Positions 26,364 through 37,019 of a stretch of DNA of 64,000 nt are shown here, in pieces. The DNA comes from Candidatus Nanopelagicaceae bacterium. GTDB taxonomy: Bacteria > Actinomycetota > Actinomycetes > Nanopelagicales > Nanopelagicaceae. The notes below the pieces were generated by a model. That model made no database searches, was not told the DNA's origin, and worked only from the letters and a program-made list of their open reading frames with translations. Location of the stretch: assembly GCA_051006515.1 (NCBI GenBank), contig JBPCTD010000082.1, positions 502 through 64,501 of the forward strand, written 5' to 3'. Position numbers and translations under genes: made by a program. Positions within the stretch are counted from its first letter, which is position 1. The number at the start of each line of letters is the position of its first letter.

Positions 26364-28529
26364 TTGGCAGGCATATCCCAATATCTGGAAGGTTTCACCT
26401 TTAAAGGCGGCGCGCTTAAGCCTCTATCTGCAAATAGTTCGCTAGTTTTCGCGGTCGTGGCAGAAGAAGATCGCTCAGTAGAAGCTAGCTATACCGCCAA
26501 GGATCTCGCAGTACTCGAAGGCCTAGAGGCCGTACGTAAACGTCCAGGTATGTATATCGGCTCTACCGATTCGCGCGGACTCATGCACTGCCTTTGGGAA
26601 ATTATTGATAACGCAGTCGACGAATCACTCGCCGGCTACTGCAAGAAAATCGAAATCAATCTTGAATCTGATGGTTCAATCGAAGTACATGACGATGGTC
26701 GCGGAATTCCAGTAGATAAAGAACCAAAGACTGGTTTAACAGGTGTAGAAGTTGTAATGACCAAACTTCATGCTGGTGGAAAATTTGGAAGCGGTTCATA
26801 CGCCGCATCTGGTGGTTTGCATGGCGTGGGTGCATCAGTTGTGAATGCGCTTTCATCAAGGCTTGATGTTGAAGTAGATCGCGGCGGCAAAATACATTGG
26901 ATGAGTTTCCAAAGAGGCGTCGCAGGAATCTTCGATGGCGATGGGCCAAAATCTTCATTCTCTGCACAATCTGGTTTACGAGTAATCGGAAAGATTTCTT
27001 CCAAAGTAACTGGCACTCGAGTCAAGTACTGGCCAGATCGCCAAATTTTCATGAAAGATGCCGAACTTGAAATTGAAGACATATATGCGCGCGCTCGCCA
27101 GACTTCATATTTAGTTCCAGGTTTGACATTAATTGTTAACGATCGCAGAACAAAGAGTGGCAAGACGGAGACTTTCTTCCATAAAGGTGGCATTTCCGAA
27201 TACTGCAATTTCTTGCAACCTGATGATCCAGTTGGAGATGTAATCAGATTAACTGGCAGTGGCCAGTACGAAGAGACTGTTCCAGTTTTGGATGATCAAG
27301 GGCATATGGTTTCCACCGATGTTCAGCGCGAAATGGGTGTTGACATTGCATTGAAGTGGGGCAATGGCTACGACACCACAATGCGTTCGTTTGTAAACAT
27401 TATCGCCACCCCAAAAGGCGGAACCCATGTTCAAGGATTCGAACGTTCAATTACCAAAGTGATAAATGATGCGGCACGAGCGGCTGGAATTCTAAAGAAG
27501 AATGAAGCTGATGTAATCAAAGATGATGTACTTGAAGGCTTAACTGCAGTAATCACAGTTCGAATGACCGAACCACAGTTTGAAGGTCAGACAAAAGAAG
27601 TTTTAGGTACAAATGCTGCTATCAAAATAGTAGGAAGCGTCGTCGCAGATACCCTCAAAGCATTCTTCTCAACTACCAAGCGCATTGATAAAGCCAATGG
27701 AAAGCTAGTCCTAGAAAAAATTGTTGGTGCAGCTCGTACACGAATTGCTACTCGAACCCACAAAGAGTTGCAGCGCCGTAAGAATGCACTGGAATCTTCT
27801 TCACTTCCAACTAAGTTAGCGGATTGTCGTTCGGAAGATGTAAATCGCACCGAGCTTTTCCTTGTTGAAGGTGATTCCGCACTTGGTACCACGAAGGCAG
27901 CCCGTAACTCTGAATACCAAGCAATTCTTCCGCTACGTGGAAAAATCTTGAACGTACAGAAGGCATCCCTTGCGCAGATGCTAGAAGATAAAGAGTGTGC
28001 CTCAATTATTCAGGTAATCGGCGCTGGCTCAGGAAAATCTTTTGAATTAGATGAAGCCCGTTATGGTCGAATCATCATGATGTCAGATGCGGATGTCGAC
28101 GGTTCACATATCCGTTGTCTATTGCTAACACTTCTATATCGTTACATGAAACCGCTAATTGATGCCGGCAGAGTATTTGCTGCTATCCCTCCACTACATC
28201 GCATTGAAGTGGTCGGTAGCGGCGGCAAAAAAGGCGAATACATCTACACCTATAGCGATGATGAGATGAAGAAAGTCACTGCCGATTTATTAAAGCAGGG
28301 TAAGCGTTGGAAAGAACCAATTCAACGATACAAAGGCCTTGGTGAAATGGATGCAGATCAGCTCCGTGAAACCACCATGGATCCAGATCATCGAACACTA
28401 CGCCGAGTAACAATCAAAGATGCCCAAGCGGCTGAAGCGATGTTTGAACTATTGATGGGTAACGAAGTTGGTCCACGTAAAGACTTCATTGCCACCGCGG
28501 ATATTGACCGCGACCGCATCGACGCTTAA
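26364..28529 (+). CDS. parE: type IIA topoisomerase subunit B (topoisomerase IV ParE / GyrB-like)
   Basis: GHKL ATPase (LEAVRKRPGMYIGS, EIIDNAVDE, GGLHGVGASVVNA), Toprim EGDSA, PLRGKILNV and DADVDGSHI. The start is uncertain (TTG at 26364 or GTG at 26458). Confidence 0.85.
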   Translation: MAGISQYLEGFTFKGGALKPLSANSSLVFAVVAEEDRSVEASYTAKDLAVLEGLEAVRKRPGMYIGSTDSRGLMHCLWEIIDNAVDESLAGYCKKIEINLESDGSIEVHDDGRGIPVDKEPKTGLTGVEVVMTKLHAGGKFGSGSYAASGGLHGVGASVVNALSSRLDVEVDRGGKIHWMSFQRGVAGIFDGDGPKSSFSAQSGLRVIGKISSKVTGTRVKYWPDRQIFMKDAELEIEDIYARARQTSYLVPGLTLIVNDRRTKSGKTETFFHKGGISEYCNFLQPDDPVGDVIRLTGSGQYEETVPVLDDQGHMVSTDVQREMGVDIALKWGNGYDTTMRSFVNIIATPKGGTHVQGFERSITKVINDAARAAGILKKNEADVIKDDVLEGLTAVITVRMTEPQFEGQTKEVLGTNAAIKIVGSVVADTLKAFFSTTKRIDKANGKLVLEKIVGAARTRIATRTHKELQRRKNALESSSLPTKLADCRSEDVNRTELFLVEGDSALGTTKAARNSEYQAILPLRGKILNVQKASLAQMLEDKECASIIQVIGAGSGKSFELDEARYGRIIMMSDADVDGSHIRCLLLTLLYRYMKPLIDAGRVFAAIPPLHRIEVVGSGGKKGEYIYTYSDDEMKKVTADLLKQGKRWKEPIQRYKGLGEMDADQLRETTMDPDHRTLRRVTIKDAQAAEAMFELLMGNEVGPRKDFIATADIDRDRIDA

Positions 28530-28604
28530 ACAATTAAAACAATCTAACCTGCATTTTCCTGTAAAACTGCTGACTTTTCTGACCATTCTTGGAATACTCA
28601 GCGC

Positions 28605-29609
28605 ATGCAACGCAGCACAATGGTCAGTCTCTTGGGACTTTCTAAAAGTTTTGGCTCCGTTCGGGCAGTAGATGACGTTTCATTGGAAATCAGTGATGGT
28701 GAATTTTTAACCTTACTTGGGCCTTCAGGTTCTGGCAAAACGACAGTGCTTCGAATGATTGCTGGATTTGAAAATGCAGATGCCGGAGATATCAAAATTA
28801 ATGGGCAGAGCGTTATCGACATTCCACCCTATGAAAGACCAGTTAACACTGTCTTTCAAGACTACGCACTCTTTCCGCATTTAACAGTACGCGAAAATAT
28901 TGAATATGGGTTACGAGTTAAGAAAATCCCAAAAACGGAGAGAAAAAAACTTTCAGATTTAGCTTTAGAACAAGTTCGACTACCTGAGTTCGGTGAGCGG
29001 AAACCAGCTCAATTATCAGGTGGTCAAAGACAGAGAGTCGCACTCGCACGCGCGCTGGTGAATAAACCTAAAGTTTTACTTTTAGACGAACCCTTAGGTG
29101 CCCTGGATTTGAAATTGCGCGAACAGATGCAATATGAATTGAAAGATATTCAGCGCAGCATTGGAATTACTTTTATATTCGTGACTCACGATCAAGAAGA
29201 GGCGCTGACTATGTCCGACAACATAGCGGTGTTTAATCAAGGAAATATAGTTCAACTTGGTTCACCAAGAGAAATCTACGAGAACCCAAAAGCTAAATTT
29301 GTTGCGGATTTCGTAGGTCAATCAAATAAGGTTGATAAAAATCAATCTGAAAATGCTGGATTCGGAGGCGGAGCATTCAATATTCGCCCAGAGCATATTC
29401 AGATTTCGCTTCAACCGATTCAAGGTAATGATCGAAACATTCGAGGAAAGCTTAAAGATGTAATTTTTAGTGGCGCATTAACTAAATATTTGATTACCAC
29501 CGAGATCGGTGAATTGATTTCCACCCAATCCGTTGAATTGGGAGGATTAGAGATCGGAGACCAGGTCTACATGAGCTGGTCTTCACTCAAAGAGCATCAC
29601 GTCGCATAG
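28605..29609 (+). CDS. potA: polyamine-type ABC transporter ATP-binding protein (PotA-like)
   Basis: Walker A GPSGSGKTT, LSGGQRQRVALARAL, LLLDEP and a C-terminal TOBE-like region. Confidence 0.8.
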   Translation: MQRSTMVSLLGLSKSFGSVRAVDDVSLEISDGEFLTLLGPSGSGKTTVLRMIAGFENADAGDIKINGQSVIDIPPYERPVNTVFQDYALFPHLTVRENIEYGLRVKKIPKTERKKLSDLALEQVRLPEFGERKPAQLSGGQRQRVALARALVNKPKVLLLDEPLGALDLKLREQMQYELKDIQRSIGITFIFVTHDQEEALTMSDNIAVFNQGNIVQLGSPREIYENPKAKFVADFVGQSNKVDKNQSENAGFGGGAFNIRPEHIQISLQPIQGNDRNIRGKLKDVIFSGALTKYLITTEIGELISTQSVELGGLEIGDQVYMSWSSLKEHHVA

Positions 29610-29667
29610 GGCGATTGATGTTAAACGTGATCAATGGATGCTCACGTTGTAAAAGGGGGAGATACAG

Positions 29668-30852
29668 GTGCATAAGCGTCTGTTTAAAAGTCTCGCAATC
29701 ACTTCAGCTATCGCACTAACACTTGCTGGTTGCGGTAGCAGTTCTTCGGAAACTACTGGTGTTCCAAAGATTGAAATGATGAAAACACTTGGCGCCGGCG
29801 AGGGCGCAGTTAACATCGTAGGTTGGGCAGGTTATGTTGAAAATGGTTCAACTGATCCAAACGTTGACTGGGTGACAGGTTTCGAAAAAGAGACAGGTTG
29901 CAAAGTTAATTTTAAAGTCGGAAGCACTTCAGATGAAATGGTGTCTTTGATGCAATCTGGAGAGTATGACGTAGTTTCTGCTTCAGGTGATGCTTCACTA
30001 CGTTTAATTTACGGCGGAGATGTTGCGCCAGTAAATACTGACTTAATCCCAAATTACTCGGATGTTTTCGATAATTTGAAATTGCAACCTTGGAATTCTG
30101 TAGATGGTGTGGCCTATGGCGTTCCACATGGTCGTGGTGCTAATTTGCTTGCATACCGTACCGATATTGTTAAACCAGCTCCAACTTCTTGGGGTGCAGT
30201 ATTCGATGCAAACTCACCTTACAAGGGCAAAATCACTGCATACGACTCACCAATCTATATTGCAGATGCCGCTCTTTATTTGATGAAAACTCAACCAGAT
30301 CTTGGCATCACTTATCCATATGCATTAGATCAAAAGCAGTTTGATGCAGCAGTTGAGTTGTTGAAGGCACAGAAGCCGCTGATCGGTGAATATTGGGGCG
30401 ATTATCTAAAACATGTTGCCTCATTGAAATCAGGTGCAACTGTTCTCGGAACAACTTGGCAGGTAAATATCAATCTAGCTAAGGGTGAAGGAACTAAAGT
30501 TGAGGGAATCAAACCAAGTGAAGGTTCAACTGGTTGGTCAGATACCTGGATGGTTTCTTCTAAGGCACAACATCCAAACTGTGCGTATCTATGGATGAAT
30601 CACATCATCTCACCAGTGGCTAATGCCGGAGTTGCTGAATGGTTTGGCGAAGCACCATCAAACGTGAAATCTTGTGATTTAACTTCAGACAAGAATCATT
30701 GTGCAACTTTCCACGCAAATGATGATGCATACTGGCAAGATGTTTACTACTGGAATACGGCAACCGAGACCTGCCTGGATGGTCGCAAAGATGTTAAATG
30801 CGTTCCATACTCCGAATGGGTAAAAGCTTGGTCAAGTCTTCGTAATAGTTAA
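29668..30852 (+). CDS. extracellular solute-binding lipoprotein (PotD/PotF-like)
   Basis: Lipobox LTLAGC. SBP family 1-like, located inside a pot-type operon. GTG start. Confidence 0.7.
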   Translation: MHKRLFKSLAITSAIALTLAGCGSSSSETTGVPKIEMMKTLGAGEGAVNIVGWAGYVENGSTDPNVDWVTGFEKETGCKVNFKVGSTSDEMVSLMQSGEYDVVSASGDASLRLIYGGDVAPVNTDLIPNYSDVFDNLKLQPWNSVDGVAYGVPHGRGANLLAYRTDIVKPAPTSWGAVFDANSPYKGKITAYDSPIYIADAALYLMKTQPDLGITYPYALDQKQFDAAVELLKAQKPLIGEYWGDYLKHVASLKSGATVLGTTWQVNINLAKGEGTKVEGIKPSEGSTGWSDTWMVSSKAQHPNCAYLWMNHIISPVANAGVAEWFGEAPSNVKSCDLTSDKNHCATFHANDDAYWQDVYYWNTATETCLDGRKDVKCVPYSEWVKAWSSLRNS

Positions 30853-30859
30853 CGCGATT

Positions 30860-30888
30860 GGCAGGGCGGAATAAAAAACCGCCCTGCC
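30860..30888 (+). other. perfect 10-bp-stem hairpin after the SBP gene (intra-operon attenuator or mRNA stabiliser candidate)
   Basis: ggcagggcgg-aataaaaaa-ccgccctgcc, with no clean T-run after it. Confidence 0.6.
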
Positions 30889-30911
30889 TAATCTTTGAAA
30901 TCAAGGAATTC

Positions 30912-31766
30912 ATGAAGCTATCCAATTGGATGTATCGCCACAGCAAAGTGCGCCTGGCGGCTCTATTAGCAGCGCCACTTTCATGGTTAGTAGTTGCCTA
31001 TCTAGGAGCAATTGCCGCACTTCTTGTAACTGCCTTTTTTACAATTGATACCTTCACCGGAGATGTAATTCAAAAATTCAATTTAGGTAATTTCCAAGAA
31101 TTACTAACAGATCCGGCTTATAGAAATGTGGCCTTTAGAACGCTTGGGATAGCAATTTCAGTTACTTTGATATGTGCAATCATTGCAATACCAATGGCTT
31201 TTTTTATTGCAAAGATTGCACAGCCAAAGAGTAGAAAAATATTGATTGCATTAATTCTCACGCCACTATGGGCATCCTATTTGGTCAAAATATATGCATG
31301 GCGCACCATGTTAGAGCCAGGCAATGGAGTTTTTGAGTGGATGTTTGGCGCTTTTGGTATTCATTCACCTGGTTTCGGACTTTTTGCAATCGTCATAGGA
31401 CTTTCATATTTATGGTTACCGTACATGATCTTGCCAATATATGCGGGGTTAGATCGATTGCCAAATTCTCTACTTGAAGCATCGGGGGATTTAGGTGCAA
31501 AAAACTGGACAACTTTTCAAAAAGTAGTTTTACCTTTGCTCATGCCAAGCATCATTGCAGGCTCTATGTTTACTTTTTCGTTGAGCCTGGGTGATTACAT
31601 CACGGCACAGATTATTGGCGGCAAATTCCAAATGTTGGGGAATGTGGTCTATCAGAATTTCAGTCTTAATCTACCTTTTGCTGCCACGATTAGCGCGGTG
31701 CCAATATTCATCATGGTGGGGTATCTCTGGTTAGTACGCCGAACTGGAGCGCTATCAAGCCTATGA
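30912..31766 (+). CDS. ABC transporter permease (PotB-like)
   Basis: Six-TM BPD_transp_1 protein with EAA loop (LEASGDLGAKNWTTFQKVVLPL). The ATG at 30912 follows AAGGA. The ORF-track TTG at 30858 runs through the hairpin. Confidence 0.8.
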   Translation: MKLSNWMYRHSKVRLAALLAAPLSWLVVAYLGAIAALLVTAFFTIDTFTGDVIQKFNLGNFQELLTDPAYRNVAFRTLGIAISVTLICAIIAIPMAFFIAKIAQPKSRKILIALILTPLWASYLVKIYAWRTMLEPGNGVFEWMFGAFGIHSPGFGLFAIVIGLSYLWLPYMILPIYAGLDRLPNSLLEASGDLGAKNWTTFQKVVLPLLMPSIIAGSMFTFSLSLGDYITAQIIGGKFQMLGNVVYQNFSLNLPFAATISAVPIFIMVGYLWLVRRTGALSSL

Positions 31767-32569
31767 TTATTTCTAAAAAAGTAAAGTATTTTTTAGCATC
31801 AATTATGGGAATAGGTTTGTCTTTTATTTATGTGCCACTTTTGATTGTGGTAATCAATTCTTTCAATGCTTCTAAAACTTTTAGCTGGCCACCAAAAGAA
31901 TTTACTTTTAACTGGTGGAATAAGGCGATAGAAAATACTGGCGTCAGAGAGGCTCTTGGATGGTCCTTGATAGCCGGATTTTGTGCCACAGTCATTGCCC
32001 TAATTTTGGGTACGTGCCTTGCCTTTGCTGTTGCTAAATACTCTTTCTTTGGTAAAGAGACAATCTCACTGCTTGTAGTACTACCAATTTCCTTACCTGG
32101 AATAGTTACTGGTTTAGCTTTAAATAATGCTTTTAATCAGACTTTAGGTATCGGAACCAGCCTATTGACCATTGTTATTGGCCACGCGACTTTCTGTATT
32201 GTTATTGTTTATAACAATGCCATTGCCAGGTTAAAACGCATGGGTGGAAGCTTGCAAGAGGCCTCCATGGATCTAGGTGCAAATGGATTTACTACATTCA
32301 GATTAGTTACCTTGCCCAATATTTCTTCTGCCTTATTTGCAGGTGGTTTATTGGCTTTTGGACTTTCATTTGATGAGATTGTAGTAACCACTTTTACTGC
32401 TGGGCCGGGAATTCAAACTCTTCCAGTTTGGATATTTAACAATCTATTTAGGCCAAATCAAGCTCCAATAGTTAATGTGGTTGCGGCGACTTTAGTTGTT
32501 CTGTCGATAGTTCCTATTTATCTATCGCAAAGATTATCTTCAGATAGCGCATCTGGTGGAAGACTATAA
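31763..32569 (+). CDS. ABC transporter permease (PotC-like)
   Basis: BPD_transp_1 protein with EAA loop (QEASMDLGANGFTTFRLVTLP). ATGA overlap with the previous gene. Confidence 0.8.
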   Translation: MIISKKVKYFLASIMGIGLSFIYVPLLIVVINSFNASKTFSWPPKEFTFNWWNKAIENTGVREALGWSLIAGFCATVIALILGTCLAFAVAKYSFFGKETISLLVVLPISLPGIVTGLALNNAFNQTLGIGTSLLTIVIGHATFCIVIVYNNAIARLKRMGGSLQEASMDLGANGFTTFRLVTLPNISSALFAGGLLAFGLSFDEIVVTTFTAGPGIQTLPVWIFNNLFRPNQAPIVNVVAATLVVLSIVPIYLSQRLSSDSASGGRL

Positions 32570-32571
32570 AG

Positions 32572-34119
32572 TTAAGAAGCTATCTTTGTTCGTCTTGGAG
32601 TTCCAAAATTCTTTCCAACCTCAGAGACTTCATCAGAGACTTTCGCTTTGATGGCATCGTCGCTTTTAAGTAGGGCAGTCAACTCGGAGATGGTCTTCTT
32701 GAGATCCTTCTGCTCGGTTTCAAGCTCTAATTTGCTCATCTTGGTTAAACGACGAAGTGGCATATCCAAGATATAAGTTGCTTGCTCTTCTTTTAACTTA
32801 AAGTTCTTAATGAGCGCATCTTTAGCGGCGCTAGCATCGTCTGAGCCACGGATGATTTTGATGACCTTATCGATATCAATAATTGCCTTAAGCAAGCCAT
32901 CGACAAGCAGTAAACGAGCCTCTGCCTTTCCTTTACGGAATTCGGAGCGACGTTTTACAACTTCGATGCGGTGATCAATAAATACCTGTAGCAATTCTTT
33001 AAGACCAAGTTGTTGTGGCTTTCCTTTAACCAAAGCCACAGCGTTAATTGAGAATTGCTGCTCCATTGGAGTTAGCTTGTAAAGCTTCTCCAGAATTTCA
33101 TCTGGTTCGTAGCCATTCTTAAGTTCAATGACTACGTTAGTACCGGTTTTTCCATCTGAAAGATCGACGATATCGCTGATTCCTTGAACTTTTTTATTCT
33201 TAACGACTTCAGCGATTTTTTCGACAATTTTCTCTGGGCCGATATTGAATGGAAGCTCTTTTACGATGATGCCTTGCTTACGTGAAGAGACTTTGCCGAT
33301 TTCGACAGTTGCGCGGATTTTGAATGCGCCTTTGCCAGATTCATAAGCTTCAGTGATACCTGAGATTTCTACAAGCTCGCCACCTGTTGGAAAATCTGGT
33401 CCTGGGACAAACTTCATTAGCTGCTTAGTAGTAGCTTTGGGATTTTCGATTAAGTACTTAGTCGCGGCAACAACTTCACCCAAATTATGCGGCGCCATAT
33501 TTGTTGCCATACCGACGGCGATGCCAGTAGCACCATTAACTAAAAGGTTTGGAAATGCGGCGGGTAAAACAAGTGGTTCTGCTAATTGGCCATCGTAATT
33601 TGGTCCGTAATCAACAGTGTTTTCATCGGCTTCAGCCACCATCGCCATTGCAGATGTGGCAAGACGCGCTTCGGTGTAACGCATCGCGGCAGGACCTGCA
33701 TCTAGTGAACCGAAATTTCCGTGACCATCAATTAGTGGTAGGCGCATTGAGAAGTTCTGCGCCATACGAACTAGCGCGTCGTAAATTGCGCCATCACCGT
33801 GTGGGTGCAACTTACCCATAACTTCACCGACGACACGGGCACTCTTTACGTGGCCGCGATCAGGACGAAGTCCCATATCTGACATCTGATGCAGAATTCT
33901 GCGATGAACTGGTTTTAAACCGTCACGTGCATCAGGAAGTGCGCGTGAGTAAATTACTGAGTACGCATACTCCAGAAATGATTCTGACATCTCAGAAGAG
34001 ACATCAATATCAACAATCTTTCCAGGATGTTCACCAGGTTTTGGTCCTGTTTGTTTGCCTTTACCAGAACTCTTACCGGAACTTTTAGATGGAGCTGCCA
34101 TAGGCAGGAATTCTGCCAA
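32572..34119 (-). CDS. parC: type IIA topoisomerase subunit A (ParC/GyrA-like), N-terminal breakage-reunion domain only (515 aa)
   Basis: Motifs: [31 protein letters not shown], catalytic Tyr in [10 protein letters not shown], tower and coiled-coil. The protein ends ...[12 protein letters not shown], with no beta-pinwheel C-terminal domain. Confidence 0.8.
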   Translation of the reverse strand: MAEFLPMAAPSKSSGKSSGKGKQTGPKPGEHPGKIVDIDVSSEMSESFLEYAYSVIYSRALPDARDGLKPVHRRILHQMSDMGLRPDRGHVKSARVVGEVMGKLHPHGDGAIYDALVRMAQNFSMRLPLIDGHGNFGSLDAGPAAMRYTEARLATSAMAMVAEADENTVDYGPNYDGQLAEPLVLPAAFPNLLVNGATGIAVGMATNMAPHNLGEVVAATKYLIENPKATTKQLMKFVPGPDFPTGGELVEISGITEAYESGKGAFKIRATVEIGKVSSRKQGIIVKELPFNIGPEKIVEKIAEVVKNKKVQGISDIVDLSDGKTGTNVVIELKNGYEPDEILEKLYKLTPMEQQFSINAVALVKGKPQQLGLKELLQVFIDHRIEVVKRRSEFRKGKAEARLLLVDGLLKAIIDIDKVIKIIRGSDDASAAKDALIKNFKLKEEQATYILDMPLRRLTKMSKLELETEQKDLKKTISELTALLKSDDAIKAKVSDEVSEVGKNFGTPRRTKIAS

Positions 34120-34128
34120 TAAAGAGTG

Positions 34129-35010
34129 TTAATTCAGGGGAGGGCGCGCCCCAACAATGGCAACACATTTTGCAGCCAATGTAGTGCCAGCAGTTAAAGC
34201 CTCTTCTAAATTATTTGTCTCTAACCACTTTGGAATAAAGCCAGCAGCAAAGGAATCTCCAGCACCAGTGGTGTCGACCACATTGGTAGTTATTGCTGGG
34301 ACTTTGGCGAATTGATCTTTATAGACACCTGTAGCGCCACGTGAACCTTGTTTAATTACCACAAGTGGTGTGCGCTTTAAGAGATTCTCTTCTGCTTCCT
34401 CTAAATCATTAGATTCGCCAAGATATCTGGCCTCTTCGTTATTTAACAAAATGCCATCAACCATACCGACCCAATCAAGAATCTCTGACTTAGGTAGAAC
34501 TTTCATGGCACCAGTTGTGGTGGGATCAAAGAAAACCGGGATCTTTCTCTCTTGAAATTTTTTGATCATTCCAAGTGCAGTATCGCGTGAGCGGAAATCT
34601 AAAAGCGCATAACCAGATAAAAATACGCCATCAATATCATCAAGTGGTGGCAAGTCTGAAACTTCTAAATCAGCATTTGCACCATTATCTGGAAACATTG
34701 TTCGTTCACCATTTGAATCAACCAGAATCACAACTACGCCTGATGGGCGACCAGAGTTCATTAGCCCTTTATGTTCCACACCATATTTATCAAGATCGCT
34801 AACTAATGCGAAGCCGACCGGATCATTTCCAACTCGCGCCACTAAAACTGAGCGATTATTAGTCCGAGTTATCCAAGTAGCCACATTTGCTGCTTGTCCG
34901 CCAGGATGGGTAGATATCCTGCTGGCGGTGTCATTTCCGTAATTAATTGGTTCTTTTAATTGAGCAATTACATCGAGCGCTACATCGCCCAAGCAAAGAA
35001 TTTTTTTCAT
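34129..35010 (-). CDS. psuK: PfkB-family carbohydrate kinase, probable pseudouridine kinase
   Basis: PfkB motifs (GGQAANVA, DTTGAGDSF). Its start overlaps the stop of psuG. Confidence 0.65.
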   Translation of the reverse strand: MKKILCLGDVALDVIAQLKEPINYGNDTASRISTHPGGQAANVATWITRTNNRSVLVARVGNDPVGFALVSDLDKYGVEHKGLMNSGRPSGVVVILVDSNGERTMFPDNGANADLEVSDLPPLDDIDGVFLSGYALLDFRSRDTALGMIKKFQERKIPVFFDPTTTGAMKVLPKSEILDWVGMVDGILLNNEEARYLGESNDLEEAEENLLKRTPLVVIKQGSRGATGVYKDQFAKVPAITTNVVDTTGAGDSFAAGFIPKWLETNNLEEALTAGTTLAAKCVAIVGARPPLN

Positions 35011-35894
35011 AGCGCCGCAGCTATCTGTGCAGCAAGAGCGCTATTGCCTTTGATAATTTCGATATTTACTCGAAGTGATTCACCCTTTGATTCAGTGTGG
35101 AAATATTCAAGTAAGAATGGAGTAGTAACTTTGCCATGGATGTTCTGTTCAGCTGCTGCTTTGAGTCCGCCTTCAAGTAAGCGATCATGCAAAGCTTTAT
35201 CCATCTGATGCGCAACTGGATTTGCGACAATTAAAGAGTTCTTATTCGTAGCCATTTCACTTCTAGCTACGATTATTGCCGCTACCTCTGCCGGGGTATC
35301 TACTTGATATTCCAATTCGAAGCCTGAATCAGTTAAATAAAAGCCGGGGAATTTCTTGGTTCGGTAACCGACGACACCGATTGCGTAAGTTTCTAATCGT
35401 TCCAAAGTTGCCGCTACATCTAAAATCGATTTCACGCCGGCACAAACTACAGTCATATCAAGCTGAGATAGCGCAGTTAAATCAGTAGATTCATCGAAAG
35501 ATTCATTTGCACCGCGGTGAACTCCACCAAGACCACCAGTAGCAAATACTTTGATGCCAGCTTTTGCTGCTAAGTGTGCAGTTGCCGCAACAGTTGTGGC
35601 AGCCGACAATCTCTTTGCTTTTGCGATTGCCAAGTCACGAGTAGATGCTTTGATTACATCATCACGATTTGCAATTGCTACCAGCTGCTCATTAGTAAGA
35701 CCAATATGAGCAACGCCATCGATTAAAGCAATGGTTGCGGGGGTGGCGCCATTATTACGAACTATCTCTTCGACTTCTCTTGCCACATCTAAATTTGTAG
35801 GGCGAGGCAAGCCATGGCTAATGATGGTTGATTCCAGTGCAACGACTGGCGCACCTGATTTGAGCGCTTTTTCAACCTCTGGGGAGAAGATCAC
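35007..35894 (-). CDS. psuG: pseudouridine-5'-phosphate glycosidase
   Basis: Indigoidine synthase A-like family (VVALESTIISHGLPRP, GGLGGVHRG). Confidence 0.88.
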   Translation of the reverse strand: MIFSPEVEKALKSGAPVVALESTIISHGLPRPTNLDVAREVEEIVRNNGATPATIALIDGVAHIGLTNEQLVAIANRDDVIKASTRDLAIAKAKRLSAATTVAATAHLAAKAGIKVFATGGLGGVHRGANESFDESTDLTALSQLDMTVVCAGVKSILDVAATLERLETYAIGVVGYRTKKFPGFYLTDSGFELEYQVDTPAEVAAIIVARSEMATNKNSLIVANPVAHQMDKALHDRLLEGGLKAAAEQNIHGKVTTPFLLEYFHTESKGESLRVNIEIIKGNSALAAQIAAAL

Positions 35895-35933
35895 ATAAAG
35901 ATTTTACGCGAGATTTAGTGAAAGAATAAATCC

Positions 35934-37019
35934 GTGAGATTAAGCGAGATAACTCCAGCGATTTTCGGTGGATTAGGGCTTTCGCAATATGAAGCCCGAC
36001 TAGGTCAATCACCAACTGGCCGAGAAGTTCTCTTCTTGATTGATGGTTTTGGCGCACACGCCATGGATGATTTTCCTGAATTGATGCCGAATATTTTAGC
36101 GAGCAAAAGTTTTGGCGATGTCGTTACGGCATTTCCAAGCACGACTTCAGTTTCGCTAGCAACGTTAATGACTGGATCAATGCCTAATGAACATGGCATG
36201 TTCGGATATACCGTCAGAGTTCCTAATTCAAATGGCCGGATTTTAAATGCACTTAAATGGGATGAACGAGTAGATCCTATTTTTTGGCAACCAAAAGAAA
36301 CTTTTTTTGAAATTGGAGCAAAGCACGGCATTAATGTTTCGCATGTTGCAGCTAAGCGTTACGAAGATACTGGATTTACCCGAGCAGTATTTCGTGGTGC
36401 GAAATATCGTGGCGCTAATTTGTATCCCGATTTAGTTTCAGAGTGCATAACAGCGCTAAATCAGACTCCTGCTTTTGTTTATCTCTACGTGAATGATTTA
36501 GATGTGGCTGGACATGTGGCTGGATATGGTTCGGAGAAATGGCTAGAGACCTTAAAAATGATCGATAACCTGGTAGGGCAGATAAGAGAGCGTTTGCCTA
36601 AAGGCACCCGACTTTGGATTACCGGAGATCACGGAATGTTAAATGCTGGAGAAAAGATAGTTATTGGCCGAGATAATCTTTTACTAACTGAAGTTTCAGA
36701 GATTGCAGGAGAACCTAGAGCGCGCCATATTTATTTAGCCAGACCGGAAATTTCAAATGAAATTGCAGAGTTATGGCGTAGCGAACTTTCAGGCAAAGCA
36801 ACTATCTATACAAGGCAAGAAGCAATAAACAGCAATCTATTCGGACAACCTGTGTCTAGAGATTTTGCTGAACGCATCGGTGATGTCATCGCGATTTCTA
36901 TGAGTGATGAAATATTGATTGATCCATCCAGAGAAAAGTTAGAAAGTGCAATGGTGGGCCATCATGGTGGCTTAACCGATACTGAAAGCTCGGTGCCGCT
37001 TCTTCAAATTACGTTTTGA
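35934..37019 (+). CDS. alkaline-phosphatase-superfamily protein (nucleotide pyrophosphatase/phosphodiesterase-like)
   Basis: FPSTTSVSLATLMTG nucleophile region, DLDVAGH and TGDHGM metal ligands. GTG start. Confidence 0.7.
   Translation: MRLSEITPAIFGGLGLSQYEARLGQSPTGREVLFLIDGFGAHAMDDFPELMPNILASKSFGDVVTAFPSTTSVSLATLMTGSMPNEHGMFGYTVRVPNSNGRILNALKWDERVDPIFWQPKETFFEIGAKHGINVSHVAAKRYEDTGFTRAVFRGAKYRGANLYPDLVSECITALNQTPAFVYLYVNDLDVAGHVAGYGSEKWLETLKMIDNLVGQIRERLPKGTRLWITGDHGMLNAGEKIVIGRDNLLLTEVSEIAGEPRARHIYLARPEISNEIAELWRSELSGKATIYTRQEAINSNLFGQPVSRDFAERIGDVIAISMSDEILIDPSREKLESAMVGHHGGLTDTESSVPLLQITF

Noticed and set aside
28530-32571. The polyamine-type ABC operon between parE and parC as a horizontally acquired island or mobile insertion
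   Set aside because: There are no flanking direct or inverted repeats, no integrase, transposase or tRNA, and no compositional break that I can see by eye. It is treated as a native operon, and its placement is noted in the ParC finding.
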